DNA of 64,000 bases, from assembly GCA_048885865.1 (NCBI GenBank), contig JBHLLF010000002.1, forward strand, positions 96,001 to 160,000. The letters run 5' to 3'. Positions 1 to 8,749 of this stretch are shown piece by piece. The notes under the pieces are model-generated. The model saw only the letters and a program-made list of their open reading frames with translations. It had not been told where the DNA came from and did not search any database. A program made the position numbers and the translations under genes. The number at the start of each line of letters is the position of its first letter. Position 1 is the first letter of the stretch. This DNA comes from Candidatus Hermodarchaeota archaeon (GTDB lineage: Archaea > Asgardarchaeota > Thorarchaeia > Thorarchaeales > Thorarchaeaceae).

Positions 1-83
1 CGAGTCTCATTTTGTGTCAAATCCAGAGTGCTCATGAGATCATCCCTGAGAGTATCAAGTTGAAGTCCAGAATCCTTCTCCAT
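1..83 (-). CDS. Partial CDS (N-terminus, runs off the window), possibly a TrmB-type HTH regulator
   Basis: Reverse strand reads MEKDSGLQLDTLRDDLMSTLDLTQNETR from ATG at 83 with GGTGTGA just upstream; 'LDLTQNETR' resembles the TrmB N-terminal L-x-L-T-x-x-E pattern. Confidence 0.4.
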   Translation of the reverse strand, partial: MEKDSGLQLDTLRDDLMSTLDLTQNET

Positions 84-166
84 AGATGTCACACCGTGTC
101 GCGACAGCCACATCATTACTTCTTTTAAACATGTTAGATTGGAATTTGAAACTTAGATGTGATGAT

Positions 167-1093
167 ATGGCGACAATAATGTCAATCTTCCCAATAATCA
201 CGACAATAGTGGCAGTAATCTTCGCCTACTTGGTGTTCCAACAATGGAGACGACGAAAGAGAATCTACCAGCTAATCTGGTTCATTTCGTTGGTCATGTT
301 TGCCGTTACAGCGTCCTTTGAGGCGATCTCGGAATTCTTGGGTTGGATTGTCCCGATATACAGGGTTTATCTCGTGCTTTCTGCATCGCAGGTAGCGATC
401 ATGGGAGCTGGAGCGCTCTATTTGATTCTAGCTAAGAATGTCTTCTCCACAAAAGGTCTGCTGGCAATTGATGCAGTCCTTGTTGGAATTGCAGCTTTCT
501 TCTCTTGGATGATGACGCTGAGTTCCATAACCGACTATTCGGCCTTGATGTTCGGAGCAATGGAATACCCCCTAGCAGGGATTGGGACTTATGTCGTTTT
601 GGCGGTCTTGGCGTTTGGACTCGGCAGAAATATGGATTCCAATCGAAAGAAGATGCTTCATGGTCACATCTATATCATTTTTGCAATAACCATGACATTA
701 TGGATGGGTGCTTATGCTGCGGTTGCAGCAGTTGACACCGATGCATTTGTAGCAGGAATTGCAGTTGCAGGTCATGCAATGGCCCAGCATGTAAGGAATT
801 TCTCACCTCTCCTGTCTGTCACAGGTGGCTTTCTCTTGATCGGCGCGGCTTTCTTCTCATTCATCAAGACAAGATTCACCTTCAATCTCTGGATAGCGTT
901 GGGTGGGTTGGCAATTGCCATTGCTGGCTCTATCGCAAGAGGCGGGGCAGAGTTTGGCAACGTATTGTATATTGGAGAAGTAATCGGCGTGTTTCTACTC
1001 ACAAAGGGGTTTGTTGATTCTGACAAAGTGATACGTGAGAGATTCGACCGCATCAAACCTGATGAATCAAAAGAACTCACCGTATCAGACTGA
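167..1093 (+). CDS. Polytopic membrane protein of unknown function (~9-10 TM)
   Basis: ORF 86..1093; ATG 167 (MATIMSIF) is the likelier start; alternating hydrophobic helices. Confidence 0.75.
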   Translation: MATIMSIFPIITTIVAVIFAYLVFQQWRRRKRIYQLIWFISLVMFAVTASFEAISEFLGWIVPIYRVYLVLSASQVAIMGAGALYLILAKNVFSTKGLLAIDAVLVGIAAFFSWMMTLSSITDYSALMFGAMEYPLAGIGTYVVLAVLAFGLGRNMDSNRKKMLHGHIYIIFAITMTLWMGAYAAVAAVDTDAFVAGIAVAGHAMAQHVRNFSPLLSVTGGFLLIGAAFFSFIKTRFTFNLWIALGGLAIAIAGSIARGGAEFGNVLYIGEVIGVFLLTKGFVDSDKVIRERFDRIKPDESKELTVSD

Positions 1094-1263
1094 GAGAGTG
1101 TTGATGAATGAAGAAAAGAAGACAGCCTTCTTTATGTTGCAACTATGGTAATCATTATACTTGCTATCGTTGCTTTCCTTGCTTGACATAATTAGTGAGT
1201 GGTACATACCCGTTGGGTCTTTGCAACGAATGCCACGGATAGATAAAGGCAGGTGCTGAGAAA

Positions 1264-2523
1264 ATGAATGTCGCTGATGCAACCATCGAGTCGGAAAGCT
1301 TGCCAGAAACCACTAGAAAAATCCTCTTCACAGGTGTCCTTACGTTCCTGACGATAACAGCTGCTGCACTTCTTCATGTAAACCAACCCGAATTCATCCT
1401 TGACAGATTCCCAGGCATTTCAAATCTGGAATATTCATTGTTTGACGTGATGTTGTACGCGGCATATCTTATTTTAGGGATAGTCACTGGGGCTCTCTCA
1501 GATAGATGGTCTCGACGCAGAATCTTCGTCCTAGTGGGTGCCTCTGGATCAGTAGTCTTCTACATACTCATGACCACTACATTGTCATATTCGCTGCTAC
1601 TCACCTATAGGTTTCTTCAAGGATCCTTTACGGTGATGTCATGGCAGTCATTCATGACTCTAGCTCTGGATTTCTCAACTGCTCAGAGTCGAGGAAGGCA
1701 TATGGGGATTTTCGGAGCCTTGTTGGCTCTCTCATTTGGCTTCGGCCCAGCTATTGGTGGAATCCTTGCCACTGTAAGTGTCTTCATGCCCTATTACTCT
1801 GCAGCTGCCCTCAATATCCTTGTTCTCCTCCTTGCATTGGTTGGTCTGAGAGACCCTCCTGCAACAAAGAAGCGACCCAGCATTGTCGAAAGCCTGTTGG
1901 TAGCCAAGCGATATCCCAAACTTGCAGTGCCCATCACTTTCAATTTTATAGATAGATTGCACATGGGCTTTATTCTTGTTGCATTGCCCCTTTTCCTTAC
2001 CTCCGTCCTCGGTCTTCCTGAATCACTCAGAGGTTTGGCTCTAGCTATATTTGCAACGCCTTTCATACTGCTTCAATATCCTATGGGAAGACTCTCTGAC
2101 AGATTTGGGCGATATCCGATTCTTATTGCTGGAAGCATTCCTTATGGAATCGTTCTGGCGGCTCTAGGCTTCATTGGCGCAGTAGGCTTTCTCCCACTTC
2201 TTTTCGGACTAATACTCCTGGGCGTATTTTCGGGGATTACAGCTCCATCTGCTCTTGCTTTGGTGGGTGATGCCTCCGATGCTGAGGATTCAGCTATGGC
2301 TATGGGTCTGTTCAATTTCTCCGGAAATGTGGGAGTCACGGTAGGTCCGCTAATCTTCGGATATCTCCTTCTTTTTTCAGACTTCTTTGCAACCTTCATT
2401 GTGGCTGGAGCAATTGAGGTGATCTCACTGGCTGTTGTGATTCTCATCGTTAGGCTTTTGTTCAAGGAGCCTTTGCGGCTAGAGCGACAGGAAATCGTGG
2501 CACAGCCTACTTTAACCAATTGA
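1264..2523 (+). CDS. MFS transporter
   Basis: 419 aa, ~12 TM; motif A-like GALSDRWSRR and GRLSDRFGR. Confidence 0.92.
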   Translation: MNVADATIESESLPETTRKILFTGVLTFLTITAAALLHVNQPEFILDRFPGISNLEYSLFDVMLYAAYLILGIVTGALSDRWSRRRIFVLVGASGSVVFYILMTTTLSYSLLLTYRFLQGSFTVMSWQSFMTLALDFSTAQSRGRHMGIFGALLALSFGFGPAIGGILATVSVFMPYYSAAALNILVLLLALVGLRDPPATKKRPSIVESLLVAKRYPKLAVPITFNFIDRLHMGFILVALPLFLTSVLGLPESLRGLALAIFATPFILLQYPMGRLSDRFGRYPILIAGSIPYGIVLAALGFIGAVGFLPLLFGLILLGVFSGITAPSALALVGDASDAEDSAMAMGLFNFSGNVGVTVGPLIFGYLLLFSDFFATFIVAGAIEVISLAVVILIVRLLFKEPLRLERQEIVAQPTLTN

Positions 2524-2534
2524 GCTGACCATCT

Positions 2535-3050
2535 ATGACAACCAGAATTGTGCTTGCAATGCATGGAATGCCTCCGAAGGATTTCCCAGAAGAGGAGGTT
2601 GTTGAGCTAATCAGGCTTCACCGTATAATTGAGAAAGCAGGAGATCATGCTCCAGCAGAGATGCGAGTCCGGTTCGCTCAACTGGATAGCAGAGTTAGAA
2701 ACTGGGAGCGTACTTCCGAGAACGACCCCTTCTGGGCGTCATCTCTGAACCTGGCTGAAGAGCTTCAAGAAGCAACAGGCTTTGAAGTCATTGCTGGGTT
2801 TAACGAATTCTGTGCACCCAATCTTGACGAAGCTATAGACACAGCTGCTCGTTCAAATGCAGAAAGGGTGGTCATTGTTACGCCTATGATGACTCCTGGT
2901 GGTGAGCATTCTGAAGAGGACATTCCTGAGGCAATATCGGCAGCCAAAAATCGATTTGATGGAGTTGAATTCATCTACGCCTGGCCTTTTCCTAGGTCTG
3001 ATGTAGTGTCTTTCTTGACGAGCCAAATCCAAAAATTCAGTGATGCATAG
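2535..3050 (+). CDS. cbiX: CbiX/SirB-family sirohydrochlorin (cobalto)chelatase
   Basis: N-terminal LAMHG, GFNEFCAPNL, and P-MM-PGGEHSEEDIP, the class II chelatase His motifs. Confidence 0.75.
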   Translation: MTTRIVLAMHGMPPKDFPEEEVVELIRLHRIIEKAGDHAPAEMRVRFAQLDSRVRNWERTSENDPFWASSLNLAEELQEATGFEVIAGFNEFCAPNLDEAIDTAARSNAERVVIVTPMMTPGGEHSEEDIPEAISAAKNRFDGVEFIYAWPFPRSDVVSFLTSQIQKFSDA

Positions 3051-3320
3051 TAACATATTGTGACTCCATTCTGTGACCCTCAATTGTGGCTCCGCTATAT
3101 ATACTGATTCTGAGTGCTAATTCTTGTGAAATATCATGGCTCTAGCAACTAACTCTCGAAAGTCACACGATTTGAAGAAGAAGCGAACTCTGCCTCCTTC
3201 AACAAGGGCAATAGTCCAGGCTTACCTCTATAATAGGTAAGCACCTGTTATGGGGGAATGGTTCGTGCCCTTCAAATATCCTGACGGTTTTGTGCACTCA
3301 TTCAACCGAAAAAAACGAAT

Positions 3321-3344
3321 GGTTTGGTTGCCAAACCTTTATAT
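3321..3344 (+). promoter_or_regulatory. Archaeal TATA box (TTTATAT 3338-3344) abutted by a perfect 7-bp inverted repeat (GGTTTGG-ttg-CCAAACC)
   Basis: Seen directly; lies ~25-30 nt upstream of the structured element. Confidence 0.5.
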
Positions 3345-3369
3345 GGATTTGGCCCGCACATTCAACCAC

Positions 3370-3720
3370 ACATCATCGGCAAGCAACCAGTTCGTGGAGT
3401 ATAGTGGTTGGTCACTGAGTGCCCGCAACTGCGGTCACTTTCGCCCATTAACGGCTTATACTGTGACCAGACATAATCTACGTGAGGCAAATCCAATGGA
3501 TAATGACCCAAACTGTGTTGTGGCCGGTTCAGCTCAAGATGTTGAAGTGCCCTCCCAGGCGGCTGTTAATGGGCGATCCTCGCTCGAAGGAGCATTTACG
3601 GTCAAGAAGGGACCGAGAGGTCCCAAGCCAGTTGTGGTAGATATACCATACTTAGCAAACTCCTATCTCCGTTGTGGCGCTCTCGGGGTCAAATCCCGGG
3701 AGCGCTACAGCTTACATCTG
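3370..3720 (+). ncRNA. Putative structured non-coding RNA, family unrecognised
   Basis: 16-bp stem 3441-3456/3561-3576; hairpins GCTC-GAAG-GAGC (3582-3593), GGGACC-GAGA-GGTCCC (3609-3624), TGTGGTA-GATA-TACCATA (3633-3650) and a 17-bp hairpin with GTCAAAT loop (3671-3711); wobble pairs are G-U on the + strand; upstream TATA and downstream T-rich tract ~3761. Confidence 0.6.
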
Positions 3721-3808
3721 TGAGGTTAAGAGCCATGGTTTCGGAAGCGCCACATTCTGATTTTTCCTTCTCTATTCACGTTGTCCATAATCGACTGAGG
3801 TTCAAGAA

Positions 3809-5293
3809 ATGAGCAGATTAGCAAATGCAATAGGACTCCCAGATGCTAATGAAAAGGTTCTTCGATTAGCAAGGATCTTGATTTTCCTAGGCCCATTGGC
3901 TACATTCACTTTCACTATGTCGACCACCTTCTATCTGATTTTTGTCTCTGAAGCATTGGGTGGCGGCGATTATATCGCAGGCCTTCCCTTGGTAGCAACT
4001 CTTGTAGTCATCCAGATGGCCATTCAATTACTCCTGGACTACCCTACTGGTGCAATTGGAGACTGGATAGGACAGAAGTATATAGTATCATCAGCCACCA
4101 CGTGCTACGCTATTGCGTTTTGGTTAGTTTCACTGGTCACACCAACAACTCCATTCTGGTTCCTAGTCCTCATCTATGTAATTCAGGGCCTTGGCAACTC
4201 TCAGATGAGTGGAGCGCTTAACACATGGTTCGACAATAACTATAGAGTCGCCATGCCAGGTGACTCGGATAGAAAGCAGTATGGTATGTTTTGGGGAAGA
4301 GTCGGAGGAATGATGCAAGTCGTATCAACTGCAGCACTAATCCCTGGTAGCATCTTGGCTGCAGTCTTTGGTCGACCATGGGTATTCCAGCTGCAGGCTG
4401 TATTGGCTCTAGTCCTAACTATTCTCGGCCTCAGATTCATCACGGACTTTCCTGAGGTTCAGGCCGCACGACAACAGCGACCCACCATGAGTGGGTACAC
4501 CAAGATTCTGAAGGATGGTGTGAGCTATCTATGGAGTGAGCCCTTTGTCAAATACATCGTAATCGGATCAATGCTTGCCACCAGCTCGATAATGGTGTGG
4601 GGCAACCTTATCCTGTTCCCCATGTACTTCCTGTACCTTATCACTGACGTTGCTGTTGCATCGTTTCGGACTGTCCTATTCATTCCTGGGATTGCTGCAC
4701 AGGAAAGGTCTGGAGTTTGGTCTAGACGATTTGAACCCAAAATATGGATTCCTAGATTCCGACTTATTCAGACATGCGGGCTCGTGTTCTTCCTCGTCGT
4801 TTCATTCATAATGTTCCTATTTCCGCCTGCTACAAACGGTGGTCCGATGTTCAGCGTCGTTCTGCCTATTGCTAATGTGGAATTAATGCAGATACCAGTA
4901 GGCAACATCTTGCCGGTCGTGTTGCTCTTCTTTTCCTTCACTCTTACTGGCTTTTTTGGAGGATTTGCTGAGATTCTCACACAGAGGCAACTCCTTGATG
5001 CCATTCCAAATCGAATTAGGAACTCAATGTATTCCCTTTCTCCCACCATCGCAACCATATTTGCACTCCCACAGATCTGGTTCTTTGGATGGTTGATACC
5101 TACCATTGGATTTCCATTGACTCTACTGTTATGTGGAATGGTGTCTCTCATCGGTGTGTTACTGATACGCAAAGGTCTTCACCAGCCAAAGCCCGTTCTT
5201 GAAGAGGAGGCTTGGAGCAACAGCCAGCCGGAAGCCCAGGAAGTAATTGAAGAGATAGAAGAAGAGATGGCCCACGAACTGATTGAAGAGTAG
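3809..5293 (+). CDS. MFS transporter (tandem paralog 1)
   Basis: 494 aa multi-TM; DYPTGAIGDWIG motif A-like; acidic C-terminal tail. Confidence 0.88.
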   Translation: MSRLANAIGLPDANEKVLRLARILIFLGPLATFTFTMSTTFYLIFVSEALGGGDYIAGLPLVATLVVIQMAIQLLLDYPTGAIGDWIGQKYIVSSATTCYAIAFWLVSLVTPTTPFWFLVLIYVIQGLGNSQMSGALNTWFDNNYRVAMPGDSDRKQYGMFWGRVGGMMQVVSTAALIPGSILAAVFGRPWVFQLQAVLALVLTILGLRFITDFPEVQAARQQRPTMSGYTKILKDGVSYLWSEPFVKYIVIGSMLATSSIMVWGNLILFPMYFLYLITDVAVASFRTVLFIPGIAAQERSGVWSRRFEPKIWIPRFRLIQTCGLVFFLVVSFIMFLFPPATNGGPMFSVVLPIANVELMQIPVGNILPVVLLFFSFTLTGFFGGFAEILTQRQLLDAIPNRIRNSMYSLSPTIATIFALPQIWFFGWLIPTIGFPLTLLLCGMVSLIGVLLIRKGLHQPKPVLEEEAWSNSQPEAQEVIEEIEEEMAHELIEE

Positions 5294-5375
5294 GCTCATT
5301 GAGACCCCTCCCTTCTCTCTCTTCTAAATTTCTTTAGCATAGGTTTTTATCAACCCAACCCTCTGGTACCTTTTC

Positions 5376-6902
5376 ATGAGTAGGGTAGCGAGGTTATGTG
5401 GATTCAAGGACCCCAACGACAAAGTGGCTAGATTGGCGTGGATCATGGTTACACTTGGTCCCATCATTATCTTCACTCTAGTGATGTCTAGTACCTTCTA
5501 CATGATCTTCGTCGCGGACACACTTGGCGGTGGTCCGGGCATGTTCCTTGAAGGATTAGCTTTTGTTGGAGTCCTGGTAGTAATCCAGATGGTAGTGCAG
5601 ACACTGCTGGACTATCCAACAGGCACGTTGGGAGATATGATAGGTCATCGATTCGTAATCGCGTCAGCTTATCTCATCTATGGAGTCGCCTTTTACATAA
5701 CATCTCTTCTGACACCAACCACGCCCATCTTTATGTTCGTTCTCGTGTATGTCCTATGGGGACTTGCATATTCCCAGGAGAGCGGTGCATGGGACGCCTG
5801 GTTTGACAATAACTACCGAGTGGCAGCTCCTGATGATGTCGAACGAAAGGACTATGGAGTGTTCATGGGGCGGCTGGGGATGATTGCCACAGCACTTTCA
5901 ATGGCGGCATTGATTCCTGGCAGCATCCTAGCAGTTGTCTTCAGTCGAATGTGGGTCTTTCAAGCTTCAGCGATATTATGTGTTGGTACAGCAATTGCTG
6001 TCCTGATGCTTGTCAAGGATTTTCCCGAAGTTCAAGAAATGAGAGATGAGAAACCGTCTGTTCGCGAGTACTTCAGACTCTTGAAAACGGGAGCAAGTTT
6101 CATTGTGGGCGACCCCTTTGTCAAATATGTGATCTTTGGTGGGGTTGTTATCTGGAGCTGCGTCTTCGTATGGGGCGAGCTCATAATATTCCCCTTGTTG
6201 TTCGCGTATCTTGTGACTGATGTTGCTGTTGCCACATTCAGAACCCTGCTGAGAATTCCAGGTATGTTTACCACTGAACGAGCTGGTGTCTGGTCTCAGA
6301 AATTCAAGCCCGAGGAATGGATTCCCAAGTTCAGACTGATTCAGAATTGTGGCTTTGCCTGCTTCCTCATTTTTGCGGCTATCATGTATGTCTTCAATCC
6401 TGTGACTGGACCTGTGACTCTAGTGGATGTAATGGTACCTTTCACGGACTTTGTGATTATGCAGGTACCTCAGGAGTCTCTGCTTCCAACTACTTTGATG
6501 TTCCTGACATTTGTGATTGGCGGGTTCTTCTTTAATGCGGCAGACATTCTGACAATGAGGCTGATGATTGATGTTGTACCTACTAGTATTCGAAACAGTG
6601 TCTACTCGCTGACTCCCACCCTTGCTATAATAGTCGCCATTCCACAGATAGCTTTCTTCGGGGCTTCGATTCAGCATATCGGATTTCCAATTACACTTGC
6701 GATCACAGGTCTCATTTCGTTGGTTGGAGTTCTCATGATTCGAAAAGGCCTTTCATATCCAATTCCTATTACCGAGGAGCGGAAACAGGCTCTGGAACAA
6801 GCTGCTCAAGAACAGCAGGAGACCACAATTGAACAGACGGGCCAAGATTCTAGTATAAATCCCTCAGATGATGCAGTACAAATGCCATCTGGACAAGATT
6901 AA
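5376..6902 (+). CDS. MFS transporter (tandem paralog 2)
   Basis: 508 aa; shares LLDYPTG, WFDNNYRVA, PFVKY, TDVAVA, WIP-FRLIQ-CG blocks with the upstream gene. Confidence 0.88.
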   Translation: MSRVARLCGFKDPNDKVARLAWIMVTLGPIIIFTLVMSSTFYMIFVADTLGGGPGMFLEGLAFVGVLVVIQMVVQTLLDYPTGTLGDMIGHRFVIASAYLIYGVAFYITSLLTPTTPIFMFVLVYVLWGLAYSQESGAWDAWFDNNYRVAAPDDVERKDYGVFMGRLGMIATALSMAALIPGSILAVVFSRMWVFQASAILCVGTAIAVLMLVKDFPEVQEMRDEKPSVREYFRLLKTGASFIVGDPFVKYVIFGGVVIWSCVFVWGELIIFPLLFAYLVTDVAVATFRTLLRIPGMFTTERAGVWSQKFKPEEWIPKFRLIQNCGFACFLIFAAIMYVFNPVTGPVTLVDVMVPFTDFVIMQVPQESLLPTTLMFLTFVIGGFFFNAADILTMRLMIDVVPTSIRNSVYSLTPTLAIIVAIPQIAFFGASIQHIGFPITLAITGLISLVGVLMIRKGLSYPIPITEERKQALEQAAQEQQETTIEQTGQDSSINPSDDAVQMPSGQD

Positions 6903-6964
6903 TACCGCCAAATGTGGATGTTGCATGAAGGCTTACAGCCAGAATATATGAACACGCCAGAGGA

Positions 6965-7714
6965 TTGAATATGTCAGATCGCCCGCAGTTCCTTACGGTC
7001 ACATACTCTGACCGGGGTCTAGATACAATGGGCCATGAGAGAAAGATGGTCCGAGAGAAGGATGTCAAGTTTGATGGCGAGGATGGCTCATTGGAGCTCA
7101 CAGATATCAGACTTGTCTGGATAAAAAAGCCCTCAAGATGGGGTTCCGCGAAGAAATTTGGTGCCCTTGCTGGAGCAGTGGCTGGTGCCGCCCTATTGGA
7201 AGGAATAGGCAGAGAAATGGGTGGAATCGGAGGTAGAGCAGTAAGAAGCATAGGTCGAGGTGTAGGCTTTGCAGCAGTGGGTGCAGCTATTTCGTCATGG
7301 AGTTCTGATTCCTTCTACAACAAGGATGCAAATGGCAACACCGAGAGTCTTGCGATTCCAATACTTGCCATAAGCCAGGCAGCCCAGAGTGGAGATGAAC
7401 TGGTCATCGATCTAACTTCTGGAGGGAATTTGCGCTTTAAATTCAGGCAGAGGCGAGTCATTCCTTCAATCATGGCCAATATCTCATCAGCTCAAAATGC
7501 AGGCAAGTGTCCCTATTGTGGAGCTGGGAATGCATCCGGAGCCAACGCCTGTTCCAAGTGTGGTGCACCCCTTGCAGGCGGCGGCGGTGGTCCAGCAGAA
7601 GGCCACACTGAGAGTGTCACTATCTCCACGGGAGGCGGAGGCTTCTGTACAAACTGCGGTCAGCAATATCCTGCAGGAGCAAAGTTCTGCGGAAGTTGCG
7701 GCCAGAAAGTCTGA
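6965..7714 (+). CDS. Zinc-ribbon protein with glycine-zipper segment
   Basis: Two C-terminal zinc ribbons (CPYC..CSKC; CTNC..CGSC); Gly/Ala-rich hydrophobic segment within a beta-rich N-terminal domain. Confidence 0.75.
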   Translation: MNMSDRPQFLTVTYSDRGLDTMGHERKMVREKDVKFDGEDGSLELTDIRLVWIKKPSRWGSAKKFGALAGAVAGAALLEGIGREMGGIGGRAVRSIGRGVGFAAVGAAISSWSSDSFYNKDANGNTESLAIPILAISQAAQSGDELVIDLTSGGNLRFKFRQRRVIPSIMANISSAQNAGKCPYCGAGNASGANACSKCGAPLAGGGGGPAEGHTESVTISTGGGGFCTNCGQQYPAGAKFCGSCGQKV

Positions 7715-7759
7715 TTTCCGAGGATCTAGCAAGGTCTGGCTTATTCGCCAGACCCTCTC

Positions 7760-8587
7760 TCATCTAAAGAGGTCTTCCTCTTTTGCACGTGGTATGTCCC
7801 TAGCTGTTTCATGTCCTCTATTGTATTTGTAGCCTCTCAATACCACAATTGGCATTCCTTCGTCTGCTTGTCCCATCAAAGGTTCTGCTGCTGAAGCTAT
7901 CTCGTCAATCTGACAGACCATGGACCTTTGCATTGGCTTCCCATAGAGATCGAGCTTTCCTTTGTTATATTTGAACGCACTTATGCCAGCACATCCGAGA
8001 GCAATATTGATTGAGCCTTCTCTCCAAGGTCTGCCCTGTGTGTCAGTTATGATGACCGCCAGTTCGAAACCTGTTTGCTCCTCAAGATTCATCAGAATTG
8101 TAGCAGCACTTGCATCAGGGTCTTTTGGTAGCAAGATGAAGCTATCTGGAGGTGCATTTGATTTGTCTACTCCGCTAAAGTTGCAAATGAGGCCTGATTT
8201 GGTTTCAGTAATCAACACACCTTGGTTCCTTAAGACAACTCGGCTCTCTCTCAATGCCAGTTCGACCTGAACTGGATCGAAGCCATTAGATTCCGCAATC
8301 TCCTCTGCTCTACTAGAAATCTGAACAGAATCACGGTGCACGATTCTGCCTTCTGCCTTCGAGACGATGGAATGAGCTATAACAAGGACATCTCCCGGCT
8401 TCAAAGTAAGTCTGGATTTGCCTAGGCAGTCCAAGATCACAGAGGCTAGATTCATTCCTTTCTCAATCTCAGGGATACCTGGGATGCTAAATATCTGGAT
8501 TCCTAGTTGTGGCAACCTCTCATGTCTCAGAAATTCAGTAGGCATGGTGGCCGAAAAATCTACCTTTGGCCAATATATCTGGCCCAA
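7760..8587 (-). CDS. cofE: Coenzyme F420-0:L-glutamate ligase
   Basis: GDVLVIAHSIVSKAEG, SGVDKSN, LLPKDPDASA, IITDTQGRPWREG, DEIASAA motifs. Confidence 0.92.
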   Translation of the reverse strand: MGQIYWPKVDFSATMPTEFLRHERLPQLGIQIFSIPGIPEIEKGMNLASVILDCLGKSRLTLKPGDVLVIAHSIVSKAEGRIVHRDSVQISSRAEEIAESNGFDPVQVELALRESRVVLRNQGVLITETKSGLICNFSGVDKSNAPPDSFILLPKDPDASAATILMNLEEQTGFELAVIITDTQGRPWREGSINIALGCAGISAFKYNKGKLDLYGKPMQRSMVCQIDEIASAAEPLMGQADEGMPIVVLRGYKYNRGHETARDIPRAKEEDLFR

Positions 8588-8749
8588 ACCTATCCTAGAA
8601 GGGTATTATGACGGGAAAACAATAAATGGGATATAGAGGAACTCCTGAGAGTCAAGAAACACCGTATTGTGCCTTATCTGGGGTTATAAGTCGGTAAGGG
8701 AATGTCAAACCAATATGCTTGAGCACAGCTTTCAACGGAGCGAATTGCC

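Noticed and set aside
3420-3632. Cobalamin riboswitch (GCCCGCAACTG and AAGCCAG near cbiX)
   Set aside because: AGGGAA, GGUG-AAUCC and GCCACUG/GGGAAG core elements are not found; the match is only fragmentary.
3671-3711. tRNA gene (GGTCAAATCCCGG resembles a T arm)
   Set aside because: Forms one continuous hairpin with no D or anticodon arm, and no matching 5' half was found.
3250-3723. 157-aa ORF over the structured element
   Set aside because: No recognisable motif; a TATA-like box lies inside it and dense base-pairing is better explained by an RNA. Not formally excluded.
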